This document shows positions 1 to 10,502 of a stretch of 64,000 nucleotides of DNA, piece after piece. This DNA comes from Macrostomum lignano (taxonomy: Eukaryota). The number at the start of each line of letters is the position of its first letter. The stretch's first letter is position 1. The notes under the pieces are model-generated. The model saw nothing but the letters and a program-made list of their open reading frames with translations, had not been told where the DNA came from and did not search any database. The stretch spans positions 76,921-140,920 of the forward strand of contig NIVC01002309.1 in assembly GCA_002269645.1 (NCBI GenBank), in the 5' to 3' direction. The position numbers and the translations under genes are program-made.

Positions 1-404
1 AATCTTGAGTAAAATATAGAAGCTACAGAAAAAACCAAAACGATAAAAAAACAGAAAATACAGTACTCATGTTCTGCAAGATTTTTTCGCAATTGTGATT
101 TGTTTTCAATGATACAAAATAAAACTGTTTTCATTGCAACTACTACACATAGAAGCTTACAGAATTCAAATTTATTGATTACTCGACAATGTTAAATAAG
201 TGCAGCAGCTTCATTTAAATATCGGATCGCGTTGCTGGGTGCTATAAATAAATAATAAGAGATTTCCTATTTCAGTTGCATAATATTTAAGCATGGCAAA
301 AATTTTATAGAGGACTAGATAACGGAAATTTAACCCAAGTAAGTTTAATAAATAATAAAACTATTGAGGGCACATTGAAAATAATGTGCCTATGTATATG
401 CTCG

Positions 405-660
405 TCAAGGAATGGGGTGGCTGTTATTAGAGAGTGTACAATGGGGAGTGGGGTGGCTGTTATTAGAGAGTGTACACTGGGGATTGGGGTGGCTGTTATT
501 AGAGAGTGTACACTGGGGAGTGGGGTAGCTGTTATTAGAGAGTGTACACTGGGGAGTGGGGTGGCTGTTACTAGAGTGTACACTGGGGAGTGGGGTGGCT
601 GTAATCAGCGAGTGTACATTGGGGACTGGTGACTGCCAACAGAGTGTACATTGGGTAGTG
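405..660. repeat. Minisatellite, ~36-bp unit (GAGTGTACACTGGGGAGTGGGGTGGCTGTTATTAGA), about 7 copies
   Basis: Tandem copies are visible directly. They produce the 12-aa periodic spurious ORFs 305..583 and 375..632. Confidence 0.9.
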
Positions 661-1840
661 TCACTGGATGGTTAAAATACACTAATATAGGCCCTACTAT
701 GGTTTTGATAACAATTAAATATTTTGTGCAGAATTACGAACTACATTATTGATTTTGCGATAAAATTCCTGTGATACCACCTAATTATAGTTAGGCGGAT
801 AGTAATAGCTCGTATAACTGACAAATTAATATAAAAAAGCATCATGACATAAATCATTACTCTACTGTGATCACAGTTAAGGAGAAATCACGTTTACTGC
901 AATTAGAAATATATTGCTATAGGCGATGACGTGTCGCATGAGAACCGTGAACTCTTGACAGCAATTTAATACAAGTAAAAAAGGAGTTACACATAAGACG
1001 CGAAAAGTCAATAAGAATTAGTCAAGCATATCAATTTCTTTTGTAAATAAATTACGTACATCATAGCAAATACAAGACAGAAAAAAGCAGAATCTTATAA
1101 CTAAGGCAAAATTTTGCAAGTGAATTACATTATTACGAATAAATAGACAATGGGGAGAAAAACTCATATTAACACGAACTAAAGGCAAAATAGTAAATAT
1201 AGCAAATACATGTAAATTTATAGATACAGATAGCTAATATAAATAAATATTACTTAGCAAGCTTATCTAAACATGGCTTAGTTATAAACAATTTGTTAAT
1301 ATTCTGCCAAAAAAGAATATTATTTTATAATAATCATATTTCATATCTTAATATAGGATTCGAATGATAAATGCGCGACCTCTAAATAAACCTAAATAAA
1401 TCAAATTTACTGTAATTTGGATATATGATTTGTTTTACTCATAATATTGATATAAGTAGCTAAATTTGTTTTCAATAATAACAACTGCCGCAAAACTATC
1501 AAGGTAAAGTGAAACTTGATTACAAAGCATAAAACGAGAATTATTTATGAGCCTTAGTTTCTGTCGCTAAATCAATAAGCAAAAACGTGGGACTGAGAAG
1601 TCAATAAGCAGTTATTATTGACACATGTAAAAACACGGTCACATTACATGAGAGACGATTATAAACACATTTTTGTCTTGCGCTGGTGCTTAGATAAGAA
1701 AAAACTGGATTTAGATAAACACATAAGGTTGTTTATAGATTCTACAGAAATGTTTATTAAATCGAAAAAGGTGTTTATAAATTCTAAAAGGGTGTTTATG
1801 GATTCCAAAGAGGTTTATATAACCTAAAAGGGTGTTTATG

Positions 1841-2035
1841 AATAATAATAACAATTGACTAAATCTGCCGGCTGCGTACGGCTGTTCAGTCCAAGGACTG
1901 GGGGGGGGGTCGCCACACACAGCCTTAATAACCCCAGCTAATGCTGGCACCCATTTTACAGCTGGGTGAAGTCCTGTTCAAGGACACATTTTTTTCGAGT
2001 GGTATTGGGAATCGAATCCCCGACCTTCACAAGCT
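1841..2035 (-). mobile_element. Probable tRNA-derived SINE (5'-truncated head)
   Basis: The minus strand has a B-box-like GGATTCGATTCCC (2019-2007), then GTGTCCTTGAACAGG...CAGCTGTAAAATGGGTGCCAGC, which resembles the conserved central domains of CORE/Meta-type SINEs, and a (TTA)n-like tail at ~1841-1852. It interrupts a GGTGTTTAT-rich repeat present on both sides. Confidence 0.6.
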
Positions 2036-2282
2036 ACAATTCTTAAAAATGGTGTTTATGGATTCTAAAAAGGTTGTTTATTGATTATAAAAGGGTGTTA
2101 TAACGATAACAATAGATTTTTAAAAAACGAATGTTTATAATAAATTCTCTAAATGGGTGCGCAATCTGGGGTTAAAATCAATAAATACATATTATAATAT
2201 AATATTTGCTAAAGGTAAGGCCAACCCAGACATCAAAACTATTTAATAGATGTTTATACAGATTTCGGTGTGAGGTACAAAC

Positions 2283-2777
2283 TCAATGAGAGCCAGCACT
2301 GCCAAAGCTCAGCGCATGCAATCTCTGAGTGGCCTCTTCAACGCTCATATCGACTGTACTAGCGGCCGGAGCCAAGCCCAGACAGGCGCCCCAGAAGGGT
2401 CGCTGTACTCGAACAACTTGATGAATCAATTCAACAGCGTCAGCATTCGGTCGTCGCAGTCGTTCAGCGTCTGACAGCTGCGGCACAGGTTCGCCTAGCA
2501 GTACGCGAAGGCAGGCTTCAACGCAAGCTGGCAAAGTGGCAAGATCGTAGCCGCCTTCCAGCGCCAGAGCCACCCGGCCGCCTGGGGTGGCGTGCAAGAG
2601 TTGCCAGGTTAACTGGGCGAAGCCTTCAGGCGACAGGCAGTAGCCGCCTAGGTTGGATGGGTGGCCTCTAGCCGCGTCGAAACCCGCCGATACGAGTAAA
2701 ATATTGGGCGCGTATTGCGCTACTACTGGCAGTACGATTGCGCGAAATGCTGCCAGGTATTCAGCGTCGCCCATGAC
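2283..2777 (-). CDS. HDAC4: Class IIa HDAC, coding exon 5 (last): C-terminal deacetylase domain
   Basis: The acceptor tttgtcag|GTC ATG joins the previous exon in phase 0. It encodes VMGDAEYLAAFR, LVSAGFDAARGH (Zn-ligand Asp) and ALEGGYDL. Stop TGA is at 2285-2283. Confidence 0.95.
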   Translation of the reverse strand, partial: VMGDAEYLAAFRAIVLPVVAQYAPNILLVSAGFDAARGHPSNLGGYCLSPEGFAQLTWQLLHATPGGRVALALEGGYDLATLPACVEACLRVLLGEPVPQLSDAERLRRPNADAVELIHQVVRVQRPFWGACLGLAPAASTVDMSVEEATQRLHALSFGSAGSH

Positions 2778-2823
2778 CTGACAAATGCGTTAGGGGGGGG
2801 GGGTTATGGACTTTTTAAAAACT

Positions 2824-5800
2824 TGCTGAAAATTTTCAGGCGTGTTTCAGTAAGCTGAAGCTATCCTACTTCAGGTGTGTTTCAGTAAACTGAAGCTATC
2901 CTACTTCAGGTGTGTTTCTGTAAACTGAAGATAACCTACTTCAGGTGTGTTTCAGTAAACTGAAGCTATCCTACTTCAGGTGTGTTTCTGTAAACTGAAG
3001 ATAACCTACTTCAGGTGTGTTTCAGTAAGCTGAAGCTATCCTACTTCATGTGTGTTTCAGTAAGCTGAAGCTATCCTACTTCAGGTGTGTTTCAGTAAAC
3101 TGAAGCTATCCTACTTCAGGTGTGTTTCTGTAAACTGAAGATAACCTACTTCAGGTGTGTTTCAGTAAACTGAAGCTATCCTACTTCAGGTGTGTTTCTG
3201 TAAACTGAAGATAACCTACTTCAGGTGTGTTTCAGTAAGCTGAAGCTAACCTACTTCATGTGTGTTTCAGTAAGCTGAAGCTATCCTACTTCATGTGTGT
3301 TTCAGTAAGCTGAAGCTAACCTACTTCATGTGTGTTTCAGTAAGCTGAAGCTAACCTACTTCATGTGTGTTTCAGTAAGCTGAAGCTAACCTACTTCATG
3401 TGTGTTTCAGTAAGCTGAAGCTATCCTACTTCATGTGTGTTTCAGTAAGCTGAAGCTAACCTACTTCATGTGTGTTTCAGTAAGCTGAAGCTAACCTACT
3501 TCATGTGTGTTTCAGTAAGCTGAAGCTATCCTACTTCATGTGTGTTTCAGTAAGCTGAAGCTATCCTACTTCATGTGTGTTTCAGTAAGCTGAAGCTATC
3601 CTACTTCATGTGTGTTTCAGTAAGCTGAAGCTATCCTACTTCATGTGTGTTTCAGTAAGCTGAAGCTATCCTACTTCATGTGTGTTTCAGTAAGCTGAAG
3701 CTATCCTACTTCATGTGTGTTTCAGTAAGCTGAAGCTATCCTACTTCATGTGTGTTTCAGTAAGCTGAAGCTATCCTACTTCATGTGTGTTTCAGTAAGC
3801 TGAAGCTATCCTACTTCATGTGTGTTTCAGTAAGCTGAAGCTATCCTACTTCATGTGTGTTTCAGTAAGCTGAAGCTATCCTACTTCATGTGTGTTTCAG
3901 TAAGCTGAAGCTATCCTACTTCATGTGTGTTTCAGTAAGCTGAAGCTATCCTACTTCATGTGTGTTTCAGTAAGCTGAAGCTATCCTACTTCATGTGTGT
4001 TTCAGTAAGCTGAAGATAACCTACTTCATGTGTGTTTCAGTAAGCTGAAGCTAACCTACTTCATGTGTGTTTCAGTAAGCTGAAGCTATCCTACTTCATG
4101 TGTGTTTCAGTAAGCTGAAGCTATCCTACTTCATGTGTGTTTCAGTAAGCTGAAGCTATCCTACTTCATGTGTGTTTCAGTAAGCTGAAGCTATCCTACT
4201 TCATGTGTGTTTCAGTAAGCTGAAGCTATCCTACTTCATGTGTGTTTCAGTAAGCTGAAGCTATCCTACTTCATGTGTGTTTCAGTAAGCTGAAGATAAC
4301 CTACTTCATGTGTGTTTCAGTAAGCTGAAGCTAACCTACTTCATGTGTGTTTCAGTAAGCTGAAGCTATCCTACTTCATGTGTGTTTCAGTAAGCTGAAG
4401 CTATCCTACTTCATGTGTGTTTCAGTAAGCTGAAGCTATCCTACTTCATGTGTGTTTCAGTAAGCTGAAGCTATCCTACTTCATGTGTGTTTCAGTAAGC
4501 TGAAGCTATCCTACTTCATGTGTGTTTCAGTAAGCTGAAGCTATCCTACTTCATGTGTGTTTCAGTAAGCTGAAGCTATCCTACTTCATGTGTGTTTCAG
4601 TAAGCTGAAGCTATGCTACTTCATGTGTGTTTCAGTAAGCTGAAGCTATCCTACTTCATGTGTGTTTCAGTAAGCTGAAGCTATCCTACTTCATGTGTGT
4701 TTCAGTAAGCTGAAGCTATCCTACTTCATGTGTGTTTCAGTAAGCTGAAGCTATCCTACTTCATGTGTGTTTCAGTAAGCTGAAGCTATCCTACTTCATG
4801 TGTGTTTCAGTAAGCTGAAGCTATCCTACTTCATGTGTGTTTCAGTAAGCTGAAGCTATCCTACTTCATGTGTGTTTCAGGGAACTGAAGCTAACCTACT
4901 TCACGTGTGTTTCAGGAAGCTGAAGCTAACCTACTTCATGTGTGTTTCAGTAAGCTGAAGATAACCTACTTCATGTGTGTTTCAGGGAACTGAAGCTAAC
5001 CTACTTCACGTGTGTTTCAGGAAGCTGAAGCTAACCTACTCCATGTGTGTTTCAGTAAGCTGAAACTAACTTACTTCATGTGTGTTTCAGTAAGCTGAAG
5101 ATAACCTACTTCATGTGTGTTTCAGTAAGCTGAAGCTAACCTACTTCATGTGTGTTTCAGTAAGCTGAAGCCTGAAGTAAAGCCACTTCAGGTGTGTTTC
5201 AGCAAGCTGAAGCCTGAAGTAAAGCCACTTCAGGTGTGTTTCAGCAAGCTGAAGCCTGAAGTAAAGCCACTTCAGGTGTGTTTCAGTAAGCTGAAGCCTG
5301 AAGTAAAGCTACTTCAGGTGTGTTTCAGTAAAGCTGAAGCCTGAAGTAAAGCTACTTCAGGTGTGTTTCAGTAAGCTGAAGCCTGAAGTAAAGCCATTTC
5401 AGGTGTGTTTCAGTAAGCTGAAGCCTGAAGTAAAGCCACTTCAGGTGTGTTTCAGTAAGCTGAAGCCTGAAGTAAAGCTACTTCAGGTGTGTTTCAGTAA
5501 AGCTGAAGCCTGAAGTAAAGCTACTTCAGGTGTGTTTCAGTAAGCTGAAGCCTGAAGTAAAGCCATTTCAGGTGTGTTTCAGTAAGCTGAAGCCTGAAGT
5601 AAAGCCACTTCAGGTGTGTTTCAGTAAGCTGAAGCCTGAAGTAAAGCTACTTCAGGTGTGTTTCAGTAAAGCTGAAGCCTGAAGTAAAGCTACTTCAGGT
5701 GTGTTTCAGTAAGCTGAAGCCTGAAGTAAAGCCATTTCAGGTGTGTTTCAGTAAGCTGAAGCCTGAAGTAAAGCCACTTCAGGTGTGTTTCAGTAAGCTG

Positions 5801-5965
5801 AAGCCTGAAGTAAAGCTACTTCAGGTGTGTTTCAGTAAAGCTGAAGCCTGAAGTAAAGCTACTTCAGGTGTGTTTCAGTAAGCTGAAGCCTGAAGTAAAG
5901 CCATTTCAGGTGTGTTTCAGTAAGCTGAAGCCTGAAGTAAAGCCACTTCAGGTGTGTTTCAGTTA
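2824..5965. repeat. Intronic satellite: ~67 copies of a 35-bp unit (CTTCATGTGTGTTTCAGTAAGCTGAAGCTATCCTA), then ~19 copies of a related 42-bp unit
   Basis: Head-to-tail array with no spacers. The unit switches at ~5160 by gain of a CCTGAAG segment. Copy numbers are estimated from span divided by unit length. Confidence 0.95.
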
Positions 5966-6231
5966 TGCTGAAGCTATAGTCTACCTACTTTATTATATCG
6001 ACTATGTTTATCAACAATCCGCAATAAACACTAAAGTAAAAAGTACACACACGCGTATCAAGATTAAAGACAGGCACATCCGGGATCTCCTCTATTAAGC
6101 TACCTGTCAGACACAAAATATCATATATCATACTTTATTATCTAGATATCCATCCACCACAGCTCGACAGATCACTTACATCACTTACTGCAGATCATAT
6201 GTGGTAAACAATTTTTGACACTATTGCTTAC

Positions 6232-6498
6232 CTGTCCAGACCAAGGTATGTTAATATTAGTACCAAGTCCAGCCCCAGTGCCGATTTCATCTAGCGCTCC
6301 GGAACCGGGAAAAAATGCTCCGCCATCGTAACGATGCAGCGAGATGTACAGCACGCTCGGATCGGAATAGAATGTCGACTGAGTCCCGTTGCCATGGTGA
6401 ACGTCCCAGTCGACTATGCAAACTCGGGCCGCTTGGCCGGATCGAACTAAACTGCGAGCGGCTATGGCAACGGAATTGAAGTAGCAGAACCCCATGGC
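6232..6498 (-). CDS. HDAC4: Class IIa HDAC, coding exon 4
   Basis: Boundaries ag|GCC ATG GGG TTC TGC ... GGA CAG|gtaagc, 267 nt, phase 0/0. It encodes [27 protein letters not shown] (Zn ligands) and [17 protein letters not shown]. Confidence 0.96.
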
Positions 6499-6569
6499 CT
6501 GGTGAGGTTGGGGTGGGGTTGAGTGTTGAATAGACTGCTGTGTTATATTGTTTCGGGTTGTGTTTATTC

Positions 6570-7350
6570 GGTAGGGTTATGTTTATTGGGCCGGGTTGTG
6601 TTTACTGGGTCGGGTTGTATTTACTGGGTCGGGTTGTGTTTATTGGACCGGGTTGTGTTTACTACGTCGGACCGCCGGGTTGTGTTTATTGGGTCGGACC
6701 GTCGGATTGTGTTTATTGGGTTGGGTTGTGTTTATTGGGTCGGACCGTCGGATTGTGTTTATTGGGTTGGGTTGTGTTTATTGGGTCGGGTTGTGTTTAT
6801 TGGGTTGGGTTGTGTTTATTGGGTCGGGTTGTGTTTATTGGGTTGGGTGTGTTCATTGGTTCGGGTTGTGTTTATTGGATCGGGTTGTGTTTATTGGGGC
6901 GGGTTGTGTTTATTGGGTTGGGTGTGTTTATTGGGTCGGGTTGTGTTTATTGGGTCGGGTTGTGTTTATTGGGCCGGGTTGTGTTTATTGGATCGGACCG
7001 TCGGGTTGTGTTTATTGAGTCAGGTTGTGTTTATTGGGTCGGGTTGTGTTTATTGGGCCAGGTTGTGTTTATTGGGTTGGGTGTGTTTATTGGGTCGGGT
7101 TGTGTTTATTGGGTCGGGTTGTGTTTATTGGGTTGGGGTGTGTTTATTGGGTCGGGTTGTGTTTATTAGGCGGATCAAGTGTTAATTGGACTGCTGTGTT
7201 TATTGGGTCGGACCGTCGGGTTGTGTTTATTGGGTTGGGTTGTGTTTATAGGGTCGGGTTGTGTTTATTGGGTCGGGTTGTGTTTATAGGGTCGGGTTGT
7301 GTTTACTGGGTCGGGTTGTGTTTATTGGGTTGGTTTGTGTTTATTTGGTT
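6570..7350. repeat. Intronic minisatellite, ~19-bp unit (GGGTCGGGTTGTGTTTATT)
   Basis: The tandem array fills most of the HDAC intron 6499-7438 and is the source of ORFs 6523..7369. Confidence 0.92.
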
Positions 7351-7438
7351 GACTGTAAAATGTTTATGAAGTAGTAACCGTTTACTGGGTTATTTCTAAT
7401 GTTTTTTAAGGTCACAAAATTTAGCAAAACCAACGCAC

Positions 7439-7748
7439 CTGAGAATGCTCAGCGTGATGACCAGGCGGCCTGATCAGCGCCAGACCGTTTCTACAATCGC
7501 CCAAAGCGATTCTCTGGCACAACTCCAGCAGTACGCCAACAGCCAATCGGCAGGCCTGAGCTGTGCCGCCTTCGATCCACACCGTGTCCGTGTCTACGCC
7601 AAAGCCGCCGCAGGGTAGCTGGGCGAATTTGAAATTCAATAGCAGAGTAGGATCTAATCTAGTGCGCTGGGAAGGCTGAGTGGCGTGTAGGACGCTGTAC
7701 ATCTCGTCGTGGCAGAGGCGCAGCTCTTCAATGGTGGCTTTGCGAGAT
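7439..7748 (-). CDS. HDAC4: Class IIa HDAC, coding exon 3
   Basis: Boundaries tttag|A TCT CGC AAA GCC ... CAT TCT CAG|gtgcgt, 310 nt, phase 2/0. It encodes SRKATIEEL, QLPCGGFGVDTDTVW and IRPPGHHAE (catalytic His pair). Confidence 0.95.
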
Positions 7749-8372
7749 CTAAATTCAAAATTAGAGGAGTAGGGTGGTTAAGGCGTGAGAATAGTCCTGA
7801 CGTGAGGTAAGATATGAGAATTTGAGATGAACAATTTGTGATAAATTAACATTCTGAGGTGTGATAAGATGAGATTAAAATTTGGATGAGATCTGCAGGG
7901 TTGAGTTACTAAAAGTACAGGCAAAATTCTTGCACTTATTTCGTTACCAAAAGTACATGCGTAATTGATTGGATTAATAAATACTATAGTACAAGGATGA
8001 CTGATGAAACTCTAGAATCAGTAAAAGTACCAACATAATAATAAATGTACTAATAATAGATTACTAAAAGTACAAACCTAATTACTGCACCATTATTATT
8101 TAAATTACTATAAGTATAAAGCTACTTATTGCTCTATTAATAAATTACTGAAAGTACAAACCGACTTATACGAGGCTCGTATTGCACTATTATTATAAAT
8201 TACTCTAAAAGTTAATCATCGCAGCAGTAAGGAATTACTAAAAGTACAAACAAAATAATGTCGTACTTGATTCCTAAAAGTTCAAACATAATTGTTGAAC
8301 TACTAACTAACTAAAAGTACAAATCTATTTAGACCGACCGCAATCAATAAAGAAATAACTAAAAGTACAAAC

Positions 8373-9631
8373 CTAAATCGCAGACACCTGGCCGCCAGCC
8401 CGCATTCAACCAACCGTTGCCAGACCAACTCTAACCGGAACGGGTTCTCCGGGTGCAGCCCGCTCTGATTGCACATACACCTGTGCGCCAGCATGCCTTC
8501 GTCATAAGCCAGTGCCGTGCTATTAGGCGATGCAGATGCACCAGTAGCATCCCCCGAGTCTCGACTATGAACATCTTGATCCTCGGCGTCAACTGGTTCA
8601 TCTTCGATAATTTTCTCTTCGCGAATTAACGAACTGGAATCCGAAACGCTTGAAGCTGCGGCACCAGCACCAGCTACCGCGGCCAGTAATGGCGGGAAGG
8701 CTCCGCTAAAAGATTCCGCTACAGTAGATTGGATAGAGGAACCAATATTGCTGCTTGAACACGAAGCTACTGACCCAGCTGCAGTAGTATTACTATTAGT
8801 AGCATCGTCTGCCGATCCTGCGCGATGCAGCACTTTATTGCGTAACTGAGCTTTCACGGCTGCAGACTTTGCTTTTAATTGCTGCTGCTGCTGAGGATTA
8901 GTTGCTGTTGCAGATGGTGGCGGAGGAGGCAGAAGCATCGGTAGAGGGGCGGATCGAGTCCTACTCAACTGTTTATCATGAGCTGCCCGACGTCGGGGCA
9001 GCGACTCGGCTGGCCGACACAAGCCGGAAGCGGCGGCCGCTACTAAACCGGGAGCTCCGATCATTGAACAGCAGATACCGCCAGACTGTCTGCTGCTTTT
9101 AGAGGCAGATGCGGTGACGGATGCGGCAGTGTTGGAGGAACCACTGGCTGACGCTGCTGCTGCAGATGCCGCAGCAGCAGCCGCCGCCGCGACGGCAAAA
9201 TAATGAGCGCCAGATAGATTAGGCAGAGAAGCGTGATGAAAGCTCTGTTGCTGTTGCAACTGTTGCTGCTGCTGTTGTTGAAGCATCATCTGCTGCTGCT
9301 GCTGCTGCTGGTCCAGGCTGCCACCGCCGCTGCTGCTGCCGCCGCTGCTGCCACCTCGTTCGAGAAAATATCGAATTCTTCTCTTAGCCGATCGGTCTAA
9401 CACGCCCGAGCCGCCTCTGTGATGATGATGGTGATGATGATGCTGCGGTGCCGGGTGATGATGCGGATGCGGATGCTGCTGACTACGATTGTGATGATGA
9501 TGATGCAGATGCTGTTGAAGCCGCAATGCGGCTGCTCGAACTTTTAAATTCGGCTCCGAGTTGGTCTTGCGCAGAGGAAAGTCGTCTTTGGACAGAGGGG
9601 AGCCCGATGGCAGAGGGAAAGTGTGCTGCGC
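8373..9631 (-). CDS. HDAC4: Class IIa HDAC, coding exon 2: 14-3-3 sites, low-complexity region and start of the deacetylase domain
   Basis: Boundaries cccgcag|GCG CAG ... TTT AG|gtttgt, 1259 nt, phase 0/2. DDFPLRKTNSEPNLK and LSRTRSAPLP match the HDAC4 S246 and S467 14-3-3 motifs. TALAYDEGMLAHRCMC..HPENPFRL carries the class IIa structural-Zn residues. Poly-His, poly-Gln and poly-Ala tracts are present. Confidence 0.93.
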
Positions 9632-9734
9632 CTGCGGGTGGGGAGGGGACAATTAAGGTCGAGCGTTTTTTTTACGTTGCTATGAGTGACTAACTGGACC
9701 AATTGAAGACACTGATTTTTCTAAAGTTCTCTCT

Positions 9735-10050
9735 TGACCAATCAGAGACTGCTTAAATCTTTTTAACAGTACTCTCCTGACCAATCAGAAACTGCTTAGA
9801 TCTTTTTACACTTATCTCCCCTGACCAATCAAAGACTGCTGAGATCTTTCTTAAGTTCTCTTCTGACCAATCAGAGACTACTTAGATCTTTTTACACTTC
9901 TCTCTCGTGATCAATCAGAGACTGCTTATAGATCTTTCTAAAGTTCTCTCCTGACTAATCAGAGACTGCTTAGATATTTTAACAGTTCTGTCCTGACCAA
10001 TCAGAGACTGCTTGGATCTTCTTACGCTTCTCTCTCCTGACCAATCAGAT
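9735..10050. repeat. Intronic minisatellite, ~42-44-bp unit containing TGACCAATCAGA
   Basis: About 8 copies of TGACCAATCAGAGACTGCTTAGATCTTT...CTCC lie between HDAC exons 1 and 2. Confidence 0.9.
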
Positions 10051-10091
10051 AACAGAAACGTCAATGAAACAACTAGCCAATCAAGTCTTAC

Positions 10092-10502
10092 CTGCCATTG
10101 ACTTGGCGGCGAACCGGCCGATTCAAAGCTACTCTGAGGCGAAGCCCATTCTGGTGGAGAATTTGACTGTTCTCTAATTTTCTGTTTACTCAATATGACC
10201 TCCTGCAGTTTCTGGCGAACTTGCTGATGCGATATGGCCGCCGCAGACGCGGATGTACCAGAAGTCGACGCTGTTGTAGACACTGCGGCAGCTGCCGATG
10301 AAGCAACAGCAGTTGTAGTCTCATCGAAACTATTCTGCCTAGGAAGCATGGGAGGTCGGACCCTTTCAGCGGCAAAGTTAATACTAGAAAATGGATTCAC
10401 AGCTTGCTGCTGCTGTTGCTGCTGACATAGGACATTGGATTGAATTGGAGCAGCATCAGATTGGCTGGAGCTTGACCGAGAATCAGGTGGCAGAGTGTTC
10501 AT
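10092..10502 (-). CDS. HDAC4: Class IIa HDAC, first identifiable coding exon (MEF2-binding motif)
   Basis: ATG at 10502 and donor TGG CAG|gtaaga at 10092. AAISHQQVRQKLQEVILSKQK resembles the HDAC4 MEF2-binding AVASTEVKMKLQEFVLNKK. A possible acceptor ttgttag| at 10520/10519 means upstream exons may exist. Confidence 0.85.

Noticed and set aside
2000-2035. tRNA gene
   Set aside because: Only a B-box/T-arm-like segment is present, with no A-box or cloverleaf. It is better explained as a SINE head.
2824-5965. CRISPR-like array (35-bp palindromic repeats)
   Set aside because: The repeats are head-to-tail with no unique spacers, there are no cas genes, and the array lies in a eukaryotic intron.
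6523-7369. Multi-frame hydrophobic ORFs over minisatellites (also 37143-37950, 46292-46859, 49503-50171, 58261-58912, 61250-62059)
   Set aside because: They are open in several frames at once, their periodicity equals the repeat unit, and several lie inside introns of identified genes.
7995-8020. Other CTGANGA hits as hammerheads (e.g. ~8003, ~49218)
   Set aside because: There is no stem II followed by GAAA and a UH cleavage site at suitable spacing.
8303-9652. Treating ORFs 8303..9652, 9915..10526, 7421..7702, 6181..6495 and 2283..2774 as separate genes
   Set aside because: They join through GT-AG sites with matching phases into one class IIa HDAC. The ORF ends run into introns.
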